Positions 52,617 to 64,000 of a stretch of DNA of 64,000 nt are shown piece by piece (position 1 is the stretch's first letter; each line of letters starts with the position of its first letter). The stretch is from Adineta vaga (Eukaryota; Animalia; Rotifera), in the NCBI GenBank assembly GCA_021613535.1, contig CP075493.1, positions 15,686,001 to 15,750,000 on the forward strand. Reading direction: 5' to 3'. Under the pieces are notes generated by a model, which worked only from the letters and a program-made list of their open reading frames with translations, made no database searches and was not told where the DNA came from. A program made the translations under genes and the position numbers.

Positions 52617-54187
52617 ATGAAAATATTGAAAAGTTATTTATTGATTGTGTTATTATTGAATATAACAAGTTGGGTGTCAGCAACTTCTTTATTTTCACGT
52701 GTTAAAACATCAAAAGGTGAAAATTTTAAAAAAGCAGTGACCTATGAATCGAGAGATTTATTTTATGCTTTGGATGATCCTTCGGTAAATCGTGCAACAT
52801 CTGAACATTTTCAAATTATTTGGGGGAATAATGATACATCTGGAACTGTAAATTTGACGTTGGTTGAAGGCAATTTAAAAAATCTTGAAGGCATCCGTTC
52901 ATTTTATATCGACGTACTAGGATTTGGTGATATTGGATATGCTGGAAAACCGTCTTTAACTGGTCTCTATAAATCGAATCTTTACATTGCACTTATTGGA
53001 CTTGAAAAGATTTATGACGGCTGGGCCTATGTTGGAACAGACAGTGATGGGTGTGCTTATCAGGTGATGATGCCAGGTGCTCTGCATGTAAATCCACCAA
53101 GTTGGGTACCTCCTCATGAGCTTGGACATGTATTTGTTTTCCATAATCGTGGAGCTGTTCCCTATGTTTGGGGTGAATCAGTAGCAAATTATTTGCGACA
53201 TGAATACTTAGGTAGTGACTACTATAGTTTTGGCGGAACAGTCTATGTTCCCGACGCTTACTTTTTTCCAGCCTATCTATTAAGTCGGGAATCACATTTT
53301 CCAAGTGGTAAGAACTGGTACGATATATAGCCGATTTTCCTTTACATAAGCGAAAATCCAGAAAACATCCAAGGACTTGGTCACCAGGCATTGTTAAACA
53401 TATTCACTAGTAAACTACGAACTCCAACATATTTTGACACAATTTCCAATGTAACTGGTGTTTCTATCAAAGAAATACTAGGTCGAGTGACTAGAAGATT
53501 GGTAACGATGGACTTTAAAGCAAAAAAGCTTTTTTTAAAATCTTTCGATGATTTTATAAAAGTTCCAGGACATTCGGAAAAGACTTACACGACATTAACA
53601 AATGCAAGTGATGGATGGATGGTTGTTCCTGATGATAAAGCTCCACAACAAGCAGGTCACAATGTTATTCCTTTGGGTTCATTTCCGAATAAGTCTTCCA
53701 TTACCGTTAACTTCCAAGGAACGAGTACGGCAACAGGTGCTGATTGGAGAGTTAGTATTGTTACCGCAACAGCAGATCGAACATCTCGATATTCTTCCAT
53801 GTGGAACAGCGGTAAGCTTAACAAATTTCATCATAATTAAGATAATCAATAAAGAAACGACTCATCTTAATCAAATTAGTCTAGTGATTCGAAGTTTAAT
53901 TGGTTAAATAAAAAGGAGATATTTTGTTTCTTCTTTGTTACGAAATTTTCTTACTATTTTGTCATATATAATTACAATCCTACTGAATTCTTCTTACTCT
54001 TTTCTCATTTATAACTGTAATTTATTTGTTTCCTCTATTATTTCCAGGTACTAATACTATGAACTTGCAGGGAGATGAGAAAGCTGTTTATTTAGTTGTT
54101 ACTGCAACTCCATCCAGTATGCCATTTATTGATCTTGGAAATAATGGCATCAAATTTCCTTATAAAATACAAGTAACATCACAATGA
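52617..54187 (+). pseudogene. Secreted bacterial-type HExxH protein (DUF6055-like); single in-frame TAG at 53328-53330; intron 53812-54047
   Basis: Signal peptide, SEHFQIIWG, PHELGH, WGESVAN. Frame continues past the TAG. Spliced last exon has YLVVTATP...FPYKIQV. Confidence 0.72.
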
Positions 54188-54704
54188 TTGGAAAAATGCT
54201 TGGTGAAATGAATCTTTCTTCTCTCATATTTATGATGCAGATGAAGTGTGGATGAAATGATTTTTGGAAATAAATGAATCTATAAGAAGAAAGTACATAA
54301 AAATTCAAATAATTATTATTTATTTTCATTTCACTTCACTTATCTAAGACATTTACAGGTAAATGTCTTTTGAAATCATATATTAATTTACTATGGATCA
54401 GAATAGACGACAACTTGTCAAATCATTCTCGAAAAACATCCATCATAAATACAGTGCCGTTAATGCATGTGATCATTGTAATAAAGATTGTAATTTTTTT
54501 GATAAACCTTGTCGTTTATGTTAACGGTGTACAGATGAGACAATATAGTTTTCATGGCAGCAAATCAACGTTGAACGATATCGCATAGTTAACTTTTTCA
54601 ATCATGTTTAGATACATGAATTTGTTTCAGTTCGAATAGATGTTTTAATTGATGATTCAGAAACTGATCGGAACATCCAATACGGATAGAATTTTAATTT
54701 TCAC

Positions 54705-54784
54705 GAGGGTAGGTGTCGGTGTTAGATAGATATAGTAATCACACCCACACCCTCACCCACCCACCCTCACCCACACCCCTCAAG
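54705..54784. repeat. Telomere-like hairpin element (mixed CCCACA/CCCTCA units)
   Basis: GAGGGTAGGTGTCGGTG...CACACCCACACCCTCACCCACCCACCCTCACCCACACCCCTCAAG. Confidence 0.8.
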
Positions 54785-55848
54785 ATTCACCTAAATAAAT
54801 CACTTTTTTTTATTCAAATTAGTCACTCATAGATAAACAAATATATGTATTTTTGTTCTCAAAACGAGATCGAATGGCTTGTCTTGATCTACGAAAGTCC
54901 AAAGGTGTTCTTATATGCCATGTAAAATTGTTAATCGGTATAGAATGTGAAGATGGTTTTAATTTATTTGAATCGATTTTCTTCAGACGTGGCGTGTGTT
55001 TTTGAAATCATTCCGTAGAAAAATCTGATGATGTGGATGTGGGTATATCTCCTTCACCCACACCCTCCCTATAAGGACTTCTTTAAATTAGGCGAAAAAA
55101 TTTAATTTTTGAAGCGTCGATTCGATTAATAATGATTATTTATATAATATGAATGAACAACAAGATTTTTGCACAGATCTTTTTCTGATAGTAGCCAGTC
55201 AAAACTAGCCATGACTTCGATCTTTTACACTTCTGACACCCAGAGACTGCTGTAGTGTGGAAAAAAAACCGGTTCAGAAAAATGTGGACCCGCAGCCCCC
55301 ATCCTCAAGTCCTATACTGCAGGAGTGTCGTAGGATGCCATTTTGAAGGTATGACTGGGTTTTCTAACGTTATTCTTCGAATAAGGTTATATCACTAAAA
55401 CTTATTACATAAAAGTCACAATATAATATAAAAACATTTTCTCATCGATTAAAACTAAATTTACCATGATCCTACAACATGGAAAGTTGTAAAAAAATAA
55501 CGATTAGACGATTTGCAACGTATAATAAACCTTTTCTTCTGTTTCTTCAAGTGCTTCATAAATCTTTTTTTACGTTTATCAGACCATCATAAACGCTTTT
55601 ATCGTAGGTTATTCCCCGCTTTTTTACAATGTAGAAACATGTGATTTTTTAATTACAATCGAATATTTTTATTAAATGCCAACAAACGATAATATTTAAA
55701 TTAATTTTTCGATTTTCATGACAGTATATAGTGTAGTTTAAATTAGAAAAATTATAATTTGAAAAGTTGCATCTAACAGAGAAAGTAAACCAGATCAACA
55801 TCAAATGTAGATAAACGTCAACTATACCTAAGGATTTAGAAAATTTTA

Positions 55849-55907
55849 GAAGGGTGTGGGTGTGGGTGGATGTGGTTGAAAAAATTAACGACACCCACAC
55901 CCTCAAG
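55849..55907. repeat. Telomere-like hairpin element
   Basis: GAAGGGTGTGGGTGTGGGTGGATGTGG...GACACCCACACCCTCAAG. Confidence 0.82.
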
Positions 55908-56194
55908 ATTCGATGGAAACGTTGTTGAGATCCTATAGATTATCCCATACAAGATTGATGTAGACATCAAATACAATCTTTTTATTTTAGGTAATCGATT
56001 GAACTATTTTCAGAATCAATCAATAGAAAGATCTAAAAAGAGAAAATAGTTGTCATTCAATTTGGAGATGAAAAATCATTTAAAAGATGAACGACGAAAG
56101 CAAACTAAAAACTACTAACAAAAAAAGCAATAGCAAGTATGAGAAAAGAAGATTTGTAAAATGGTTCTTAAATTTATTAAAGTATTGTTTGTAT

Positions 56195-57559
56195 TCAATT
56201 GAAGTTGAAATAACGATGTTTAAGACGTTGGAATGTTGCACGATAAAGTGTACCAGTCAATGTATAGATATAAAAAGACGTTGAATGAGTAAAATGTACC
56301 AATAGAACAATCAAAGAGTATATTAAATTTTCGACAACCACACGATATTGACTTTTAGGTATATCAGCTGTTAAACTGGCGTATGAACGATAAAGTCCAA
56401 ATGGTAAATCCAAAACCAAAACACACGATACCTAAAAAACAGTCATTTAACATTATTTTCAATTTAAACTGTCACAGAATATAAATCATTATCTACTGAT
56501 TGCGTTTCATAATCATGTGCAACTATATAAGGCATAGATCCTCATCGGCTCTTGATTACTGTCCAAATAAGTTTAGTATAGGATCGAATAGAAAACATAG
56601 TAAATCATACACAGATCTATTTGTCCGAGATTGGAGATGATAATTATTTTTTATTTACAATTTTGTAAAACATCTGAACTAACCTGAATAAATAACATTC
56701 GCGTGAGATTACGACCATTTTTTCGTGCTAATATTAAGGGATTTATTGTTCGAACAGTTTGTGGAAAAGAATTTGTTATTGGACGAACAATCCTAGAGCG
56801 AGTATTGCGAATAGTTAATATACCAAAGATAGTTATAATAATGCTTGGAAAAACGATATCTACTCCTAAATATACCCAATCATTGATGATTCGACAAGGA
56901 AGATTTCGACCATAGCAAGAAACAGGAACATTGGCAACTTTTGCTTCCACACAATAAAATATTTCAGTAAATACAAACGTAAAAAAAATGAAAATACTCA
57001 TGACAACACGTTTTGCCAGTCGATGTGTACTCAGTTGACGATAAGCAACTGTTTGATGACTACACAAAAATCGATCAACATTTGCTCCAACAAGACTCCA
57101 AATAGCTGTTGACCAACTAATGTTAAGTAAATACAAACGAACTTTACAAAGAGGCTGATTTTCATTGGGCCAATTGATATTGTAACTACAATTCAGAATG
57201 AAAAATAAAAATTTTCACTTTTAATTATTGGTTAATAACGAGAATTATTAGACATGACGAATGGGTTAGACGATCTCTGCCATAACCTCATACACACATC
57301 CTCAAGATGTTTTTTTTCTGAAAACTTACCCTTGCAGAACTCGTGTTAATAAACCTGACCATATAAATACTATAGCAGATACGGAAGACCAACAAAGGTA
57401 GATTGTGCATGGAATCTCTTTGAGAGAACGTTCTCTTAAAATGCAGATATTCAATACATTACTTAATGTTCCAAAAAGAATTAAAAATGTAGGTGCATGA
57501 CGATTGATTCGCATTGTGACGTAACTGATGGACGACACCATATCACTACTATTTGACAT
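56195..57559 (-). CDS. Rhodopsin-like 7TM receptor; introns 57186-57329, 56432-56683
   Basis: In-frame splices, CKVRLY, NVDRF, SFYIYTLTG..YR. Confidence 0.82.
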
Positions 57560-59015
57560 TTTTTTTCTCAATATATCAAGATCGATCGATTAAATTCAAA
57601 TAAGCTGTAAAATAAGACTATAGACACATTTATAAGTTATAGTTTACTATCAGACTTGAAAATATTTTTTCTCTTTCTCTTCTTGATCGTGCATGAAGAT
57701 AATTCTTATAAATTGCTTCTGTCATATTGCGTGAAAGACTCTCATATAGTAGAGAGTAGATGAAATCTCATATAAAAATTAGCGAGACAAACCGTCTTAA
57801 TAAAACAATCGGTTCCTGATCCATTGATAAAGTCTGCACTCATTGAGTGTGTCTTTAAAGTTAAAAAGAAATATGCAAAGCTGAAGACGTCACATCATGA
57901 TAGAATTAGAAAATTAATGAGAAAGAATATATTGATCATTAAAAGAAAAGAAGTATCAAATGTCAAAAAGAAAATTAAGATAGATTTGATCATCATTATT
58001 AGAACAATTAATTGAGGTTGTGGGTTGAAATAAAGAATCAATACCGACACTCTCAAAGAATTTGTTTGAAAATGTGTTGAAAAACTCTTTCGCAACTTTG
58101 TTTTTTAACGTAAAAGACATATCGTATAATTAAATAGGTTTTATGTCTTGAGTAAAATCGAGAAATATTTCTATACTCGAAAAAAGAAAATTTCCACATG
58201 TTGCATAACTATGTAAATAAGCAATTTTTATCAGATCATGTGGTTGCCTATTATTCCTGACTTTTATCAACAAAAGAAAATTAAATTTTACTTGAAAATA
58301 GAAATTGCCAGAAGCGAAAGATTTTATATGAAAAAAAAGAAGTATATTGAGTCCTCTGTCAAACGATATTATTTAAAATACGACATACTTACATCATGAG
58401 ATATATTATGTTTGTATTTATAACTCTAATTTGAATAATTATTTTCTTTTTAAACATATCAATTATTATAATACTAAATAAAACAATTAGATATAAATAT
58501 ATTACATTTGAAAGTGAATGCTGGTAAAGATCAAACAAATATGTTCAAAGTTTCCAGAAGAATTTTGCAACGTTTTTTCTTTTAAGATTTGATTTGTTCT
58601 TAAAAAATATTTTCGCATTAAACACGTCAGATTTCTACAACATTATTACATCACAGAGTTGTGTTAAAAATAAAATTATTCTTTCTTCTCTCTCTCTCTC
58701 ACTCTGTATTATTTTTCCAAAATATATCGTGAACGTCTTCAGGTTGAATATGACGATATAAAAAGAATATAATTCATATTCACATCCTCAAGATACTTGT
58801 TAATTACTTTTAAAATAATATTGAATATGATACATAAATATATTAGCAGACGAACGAATATAATCATATTTTAGTTTTACTCATTTTAAATCTCTTCTTA
58901 ACAGATAAACTCAATTATATAGTGACGTCAATAAATAAAGTTCGTTCTCAAATGTCCATGCAGATATTCTGTTAGTTTCGATTATTTCTCCACGTAAAGA
59001 AAACATTATTCAAAA

Positions 59016-60005
59016 ATGTCATCAATCTCATATAGTAATATAAGTGTTCAATTTGGTATTTATGTTGGTTTACCAATTGTTATATTTGGTACAATTGGTA
59101 ATTTAATAAATATTTGTCTTTTATATTCTACTCGATCAATTCCAAGTTCATATTTGTTACTTCTTTCATCATTTTTCAATATAATTACTTTATCCGAAGC
59201 TCTTTTACCAAGAATTTTATCATTAAGTTTTAATATTGATTCATTCACAACAAATATAATTTGGTGTAAAAGTCGTTTCTTCATTTCATTTACAGTTACT
59301 CTTATTTCTCTAACATGTATTTGTTTTGCTTCAATAGACAGATATTTTGTTACATGTCGAAATGTTATATGGCGTAATCGAAGTAAATTAAGAACAGCAA
59401 AATTATTTATTTTCATTGCTTCTGTAGTAATTACTGGAATTAATATACCAATTCTATTTTTCACTACAATTATTGAATCTATAAGTATTAATGGTACAAT
59501 TACAAGAAGATGTTTAATTATTAATTCTGATTTTCTTCTTTATCAAAATTATTTTCTTCGACCAATTCTTCCTGGTATTTTACCTGCTTTAATATTAGGT
59601 ATAACTGGTTTTTTAACATATCGTAATATTTCTTCAATTAATGATAATAATCATTTACGTGATGTATTTCAACGAAGTTTAACTTCAATGATACTTTTAC
59701 AAATTATTTTAATCATCGTTCCATTAGCACCTTTTGCAACAATCATTATTTATCAATTATTAACAGTATCAATAGTGAAATCATCTGAGCGTTTAGAACA
59801 AGAAACAATGATATCTAATATATTTAATATTCTTTTATATATTAGTTATGCATCCAATTTTTATGTTTATCTTATTTCAGCACCATATTATCGTCAAAAA
59901 TTTATACAGTTTATTCAATATTATTATTATAAAAATCCACGAAATAATCGTATTGGAATTATGGTTCGAGAACGACCTGAAATTCATAGAACCTCAATGT
60001 TATAA
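59016..60005 (+). CDS. Rhodopsin-like 7TM receptor
   Basis: GNLIN, WCKSR, SIDRY, NFYVY; 7 TMs. Confidence 0.9.
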   Translation: MSSISYSNISVQFGIYVGLPIVIFGTIGNLINICLLYSTRSIPSSYLLLLSSFFNIITLSEALLPRILSLSFNIDSFTTNIIWCKSRFFISFTVTLISLTCICFASIDRYFVTCRNVIWRNRSKLRTAKLFIFIASVVITGINIPILFFTTIIESISINGTITRRCLIINSDFLLYQNYFLRPILPGILPALILGITGFLTYRNISSINDNNHLRDVFQRSLTSMILLQIILIIVPLAPFATIIIYQLLTVSIVKSSERLEQETMISNIFNILLYISYASNFYVYLISAPYYRQKFIQFIQYYYYKNPRNNRIGIMVRERPEIHRTSML

Positions 60006-60315
60006 AAAAAACCAAATAGAATGACTCAAAAACATTGATTGAACATAATTCATATTTAATCCTCAAATATATTTTCTTGTTTAAGATATAGAAAATAAAT
60101 TTCATATAGAAATATCTGAACATGACAGATACACATTTATTTTTCATATTTTACGACTTCTATAAATAATGAGTATAATATAAATGTTCTCAAGAATATG
60201 TCAAGATCTACATTTTTGTTATTTGAAGTAGGATAGACAACCTTGGATGAAATTTCTAAGAAGGAAAGAATATGGAGAGTTCAAAACTAATAGAATCTTA
60301 TTGATGACACTCATG

Positions 60316-60986
60316 TTAATTTGGTAAAACCAAAACAAATCTAATTAAATATAATAAAGCAAAATAGATAAATCGAAGGGGAAAAAGATTTTGTCCAATA
60401 TTCGATACTCGTGTCATTTTGATTAAATGTACACTACGTGCTCGTACAGATACAATCTTGTTCTTAATAGCAGGAGTATCATCAGTAGTTATAAGTTTTT
60501 CTTCAAGAATATTTCCACGCATTCGTAATCTGGAAATAACAAATACACCATGAGCTTTAAATGGTGATACTAATTCATCATTAATCCATTGAACTCCCAA
60601 TCTCGAAGTACCTTCATCAATATACAAATCATCGGGACCATATCCTCGACATAAACGATAGTCTTTTTTAATTTGAACAATACCATTTTCTGTCATTGTA
60701 CCTCGTAAAGTCGTACAACTATGATCAGTCATTGGATAGGATCCAATTTCGAGAGTTTTATTCCAGCCAGAACCTATTTCATTTGAAGGATACGTTTGAA
60801 TCACACCATGCCAAGTACCTGTCCAATTAGTTTGACCTGTTCCTAATTCATTCATTGGCCAACCTAAATACGAAAGAAAACAATCGTATCGATATCATTT
60901 TATAAATATATACCATTAGTGTTCTTGCATTCGACAAGAACAATCGAAAGTAAAACAAAGAATAAATAAGATCGAAATTTGTCCAT
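60316..60986 (-). CDS. Secreted, probably GPI-anchored beta-rich protein; intron 60864-60913
   Basis: Signal exon MDKFRSYLFFVLLSIVLVEC splices in frame; hydrophobic C-terminal tail. Confidence 0.72.
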
Positions 60987-61360
60987 CAATACGAATAAAA
61001 AAAGCAGCAATTATTATTTGTTGTATTCTAAATCGTAATCTTATCGTATTTTTCTTCTCGTTTCTGTTCTATTCAAGAGAATAAATCTGGTAAATACGCC
61101 AAAAATATCTTCGGATAAAGATGTAGGTTAGAATACACAAGAAGAATAAATACGCAAAAGAGATTATACATACAAGGAAGGAAAGAAAATCCATAAGGCC
61201 GTTTATAATAGAGCCAATCTAATTATTCCTAAAGCATTCTTACTGTATACTATCACATATGCGAAGAGAGAAAGGAAAACAACATGTAGTAATTACGATT
61301 GATATTTTGATAACCTTCTCGCGTTTCTTCCTTAATAAACATCAATGTACAAAAATATCT

Positions 61361-61406
61361 TCTTGAGGGTGTGGGTAAATACAAAATACTCACACCCAGA
61401 TCCTCG
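61361..61406. repeat. Telomere-like hairpin element at the hAT relic truncation point
   Basis: CTTGAGGGTGTGGGTAAATACAAAATACTCACACCCAGATCCTC. Confidence 0.8.
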
Positions 61407-61409
61407 GCA

Positions 61410-61844
61410 AAGACTTATCGGTACATATTGATTCTGAGTTGCTCGTCGAAAATCCTTTAGTGTTCTGGAAGGTAAACCAAAACAATCTGCTATTATTATC
61501 GAAATTAGCGCGAATACTTTATCGTATTCGTACGACAACATCATCAATTGAACGTGAATTTAGTGGAGGTGGACTCGTTATAAGTGAACGTCGAGCTTCA
61601 ATCAATTCAAAAAATCTCAACAACATACTTTTTGTCAAATCAATTACTCGATGAGCACTATTCAAACTTATTTCTTTTTTCTGAGGGAAGATACTTCTTG
61701 CTGAACATTATATTTTTTTTATGTTAATGTTAGTTAAATATACTTTAATATTAAAATAAATGATTTAGATTGAAAAAGAAAGTATAAAATAAGGCGAAAC
61801 GGGAAAAGAGAGGGGCGACTTTTTGGCTGTCCCGTGGAGCTCTG
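61410..61844 (+). mobile_element. hAT transposon relic: C-terminal dimerisation domain and probable right terminus
   Basis: NPLVFWK...LSKLAR...TTSSIEREFSGGG...RRASI is the hAT dimerisation motif. GC-rich end ...GTCCCGTGGAGCTCTG. Confidence 0.78.
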
Positions 61845-61899
61845 ATTCATAATAAGGTTCTGAAGATGATATTGATTTCATGTTTGATGCAACGTTCAT

Positions 61900-62865
61900 C
61901 TAAACACCAACAGTTGTTGCAATACCAGGTTGTACGCGATTGATAGTCATTTTTTCTCGACGTTGACATGACAGTAATACCTTGGCTTCTTTTTTAAATG
62001 TTGGTGATGAGATATAAAAGACAAAGAATGGACAAGCAAATGTCACATAGAATAAAGGATTGACAATATTATTAATAATATTTTCTCGAGCTATTTGATC
62101 GGCCGATTTAATGGTAGTAGCAGTAATCGTTAAATATTCTGTGAATATTGTAAAAGGAAGGACAGATACAATTATAATAGGAATTTGAACAAGTAGCATT
62201 AATGTCAACTGTCGCTGAACAGCGTGCCGTTGACGATCTAATTGTAACATATTCATATTACGATAGGTAAGTATACCCATCACACTAAGCACTGTAATAG
62301 GTGTTAAACCATAAAAGACAACAAGAACAAAATATATTCTATAGTTAGTATAGAATGTATTAGATAAAATTACGCACGTATAAGAAGTCGTAGTGCTATT
62401 TAAGGATGATGGTAAAAGTTGATAATATACAAAATGTGGAACAGAATGACTTATCCATATAAAAGTAGATATTGCTGTTGCCCATCTAGCTGTGGATAAT
62501 CGACTCAATTTTCGATATTTCTCTTGTCGACAAGTAAGAAGAAATCGATCAATGCTTGCTAAACAAATACATGACAAGGAAATAAGAGTACTTGATTGTA
62601 TAAGACCAACACGTGTTTTACACCAAATAAGATTTGTTTGTGACCAATCAACACCAAAACCTACACTTAGAATACGTGTAAATAAACCATAGAAGAGAAC
62701 AATACTATTGACAATTGATGAGACAAGAAAAAGAAATCCACATGAATTGCGACGAGTTGACCATAATAGAAGTAAATTGAGTAAGTTACCTATACTGCCA
62801 CAAATGAATATTGGTAAACCACTATAAATAGTTATAGAACTAATGATAGAAGTAGTTGAGGACAT
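61900..62865 (-). CDS. Rhodopsin-like 7TM receptor
   Basis: GNLLN, WCKTR, SIDRF, PFFVFY; paralogue of 59016-60005. Confidence 0.9.
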   Translation of the reverse strand: MSSTTSIISSITIYSGLPIFICGSIGNLLNLLLLWSTRRNSCGFLFLVSSIVNSIVLFYGLFTRILSVGFGVDWSQTNLIWCKTRVGLIQSSTLISLSCICLASIDRFLLTCRQEKYRKLSRLSTARWATAISTFIWISHSVPHFVYYQLLPSSLNSTTTSYTCVILSNTFYTNYRIYFVLVVFYGLTPITVLSVMGILTYRNMNMLQLDRQRHAVQRQLTLMLLVQIPIIIVSVLPFTIFTEYLTITATTIKSADQIARENIINNIVNPLFYVTFACPFFVFYISSPTFKKEAKVLLSCQRREKMTINRVQPGIATTVGV

Positions 62866-64000
62866 ATTGATAAATTCTATTTATTGAGAGTTCTCAGCAA
62901 AGAAATATCTAGAGCATAGAGAGATTATGATATGATTCTAGGTAATTCCATTCATTTTATAGAGCTTTTCCATAATTAAAAGAAAAAAAACAGGAAAAAC
63001 TAGGTCATCCGTGTTAACATATCAGATACTATTCTTGTATTCAATTTCATTAATTATTTGCCAAAAGGCTTATCCTTTATAGGTTTTAAGCTCTTTTTTT
63101 CTTTTAACTAATATTTCCAACCACACTACGAACACATAAATCTGTATGTAACATCATTCATCCATTCAGTTCACAATAAAACAAGTATTTCTGAGCAACT
63201 GGTTCATGATTTTTTTTAAATTAAAATGAATGTGGATATGTCGTATCTAATCTTCATTCACACTCTCAACTCCAAAAATGATATAAAGATAAATTTCAAT
63301 TGTTCATCGATAGAGAACATTGATGATCATCTTAAAGTGAAAGATCGTAAATATTGATGGACAACATCAATTGAAAGAACTTTTAGTTAACTTTCTCATA
63401 CGTTCTTTCTATTCAATCAACTATGTATATAAAATTTAGTATGATTATTTCTATGAACAAGAATATAGACTTGTTGAAAGAACGCTAAATAATCCTTTTT
63501 CGTTTTTCACGTCATCCACGAGATGACATTAGGGATTAAAAGGATTAAAAATTTTATGCCAAACTTGACACTTACAAAAATTTATCAACTATCGATTTAT
63601 ATAAATAAGCATAATGGAAATTTAAATAAAGATGGATTTAATGCATTCTCGGTTTGCTTTTTAGATGTTTATCGTATCTATCGGATAAAGCGAAATAATG
63701 AATGATATTACCGGAATTCCGGGATTTTTATCTTTTTGTTAGAAAAATTGTTCTAGATTTTGCTTTTTTTTTCAATCATTGTGATACAAAAGATTGATAT
63801 TAAATTTGACACTTTTCTCGAATTGCTTTGACCTTTTACTAATTCTCGAATGTTATCACATCGCTAGATTTGACTACGATACAAAAGAAGATTTATATCA
63901 GAGTATTTCTTAATCAAATCGATTTTTAAGAGAATGTCGTTAATAACTGCTTTATGATTGCAATATATTTCTTAACAATTATTTATTCATGCCAGTTTAT

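Noticed and set aside
14745-54187. Bacterial contamination or chimeric contig
   Set aside because: Bacterial-type genes carry spliceosomal introns, share the host AT content and are interleaved with metazoan genes and the same repeat family.
54705-54784. True telomere or chromosome end
   Set aside because: Only a few degenerate units, in inverted arrangement, with genes on both sides.

Overview
AT-rich eukaryotic DNA with short (about 47-60 bp) GT-AG introns. The gene mix strongly suggests a bdelloid rotifer (inference): ART+TPR, NHL, bacterial-style kelch, F-box, divergent 7TM receptors, apparent non-metazoan genes and TGTGGG/TGAGGG repeats. About 28 genes or pseudogenes are supportable. 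Transport: ABCC, SLC10. Defence-like: a spliced DED-TM-jacalin-like membrane protein, LRAT/NlpC, frameshifted MPEG1/perforin-2, CD225, three ART-TPR, two secreted Cys-rich precursors. Probable horizontal acquisitions: nicotianamine synthase, intron-bearing DUF1254/DUF1214, a DUF6055-like HExxH protein, RING-vWA. Mobile DNA: an intact hAT-type MITE with 8-bp TSD, piggyBac and hAT transposase relics, a 370-bp foldback and an inverted promoter duplication. The most striking non-coding signal is about 19 copies of a short hairpin made of telomere-like repeats (CTTGAGGGTGTGGG...CCCACACCCTCAAG). Several copies sit at the points where transposon relics or duplications are truncated. All family calls come from motif recognition by eye, not from database searches.
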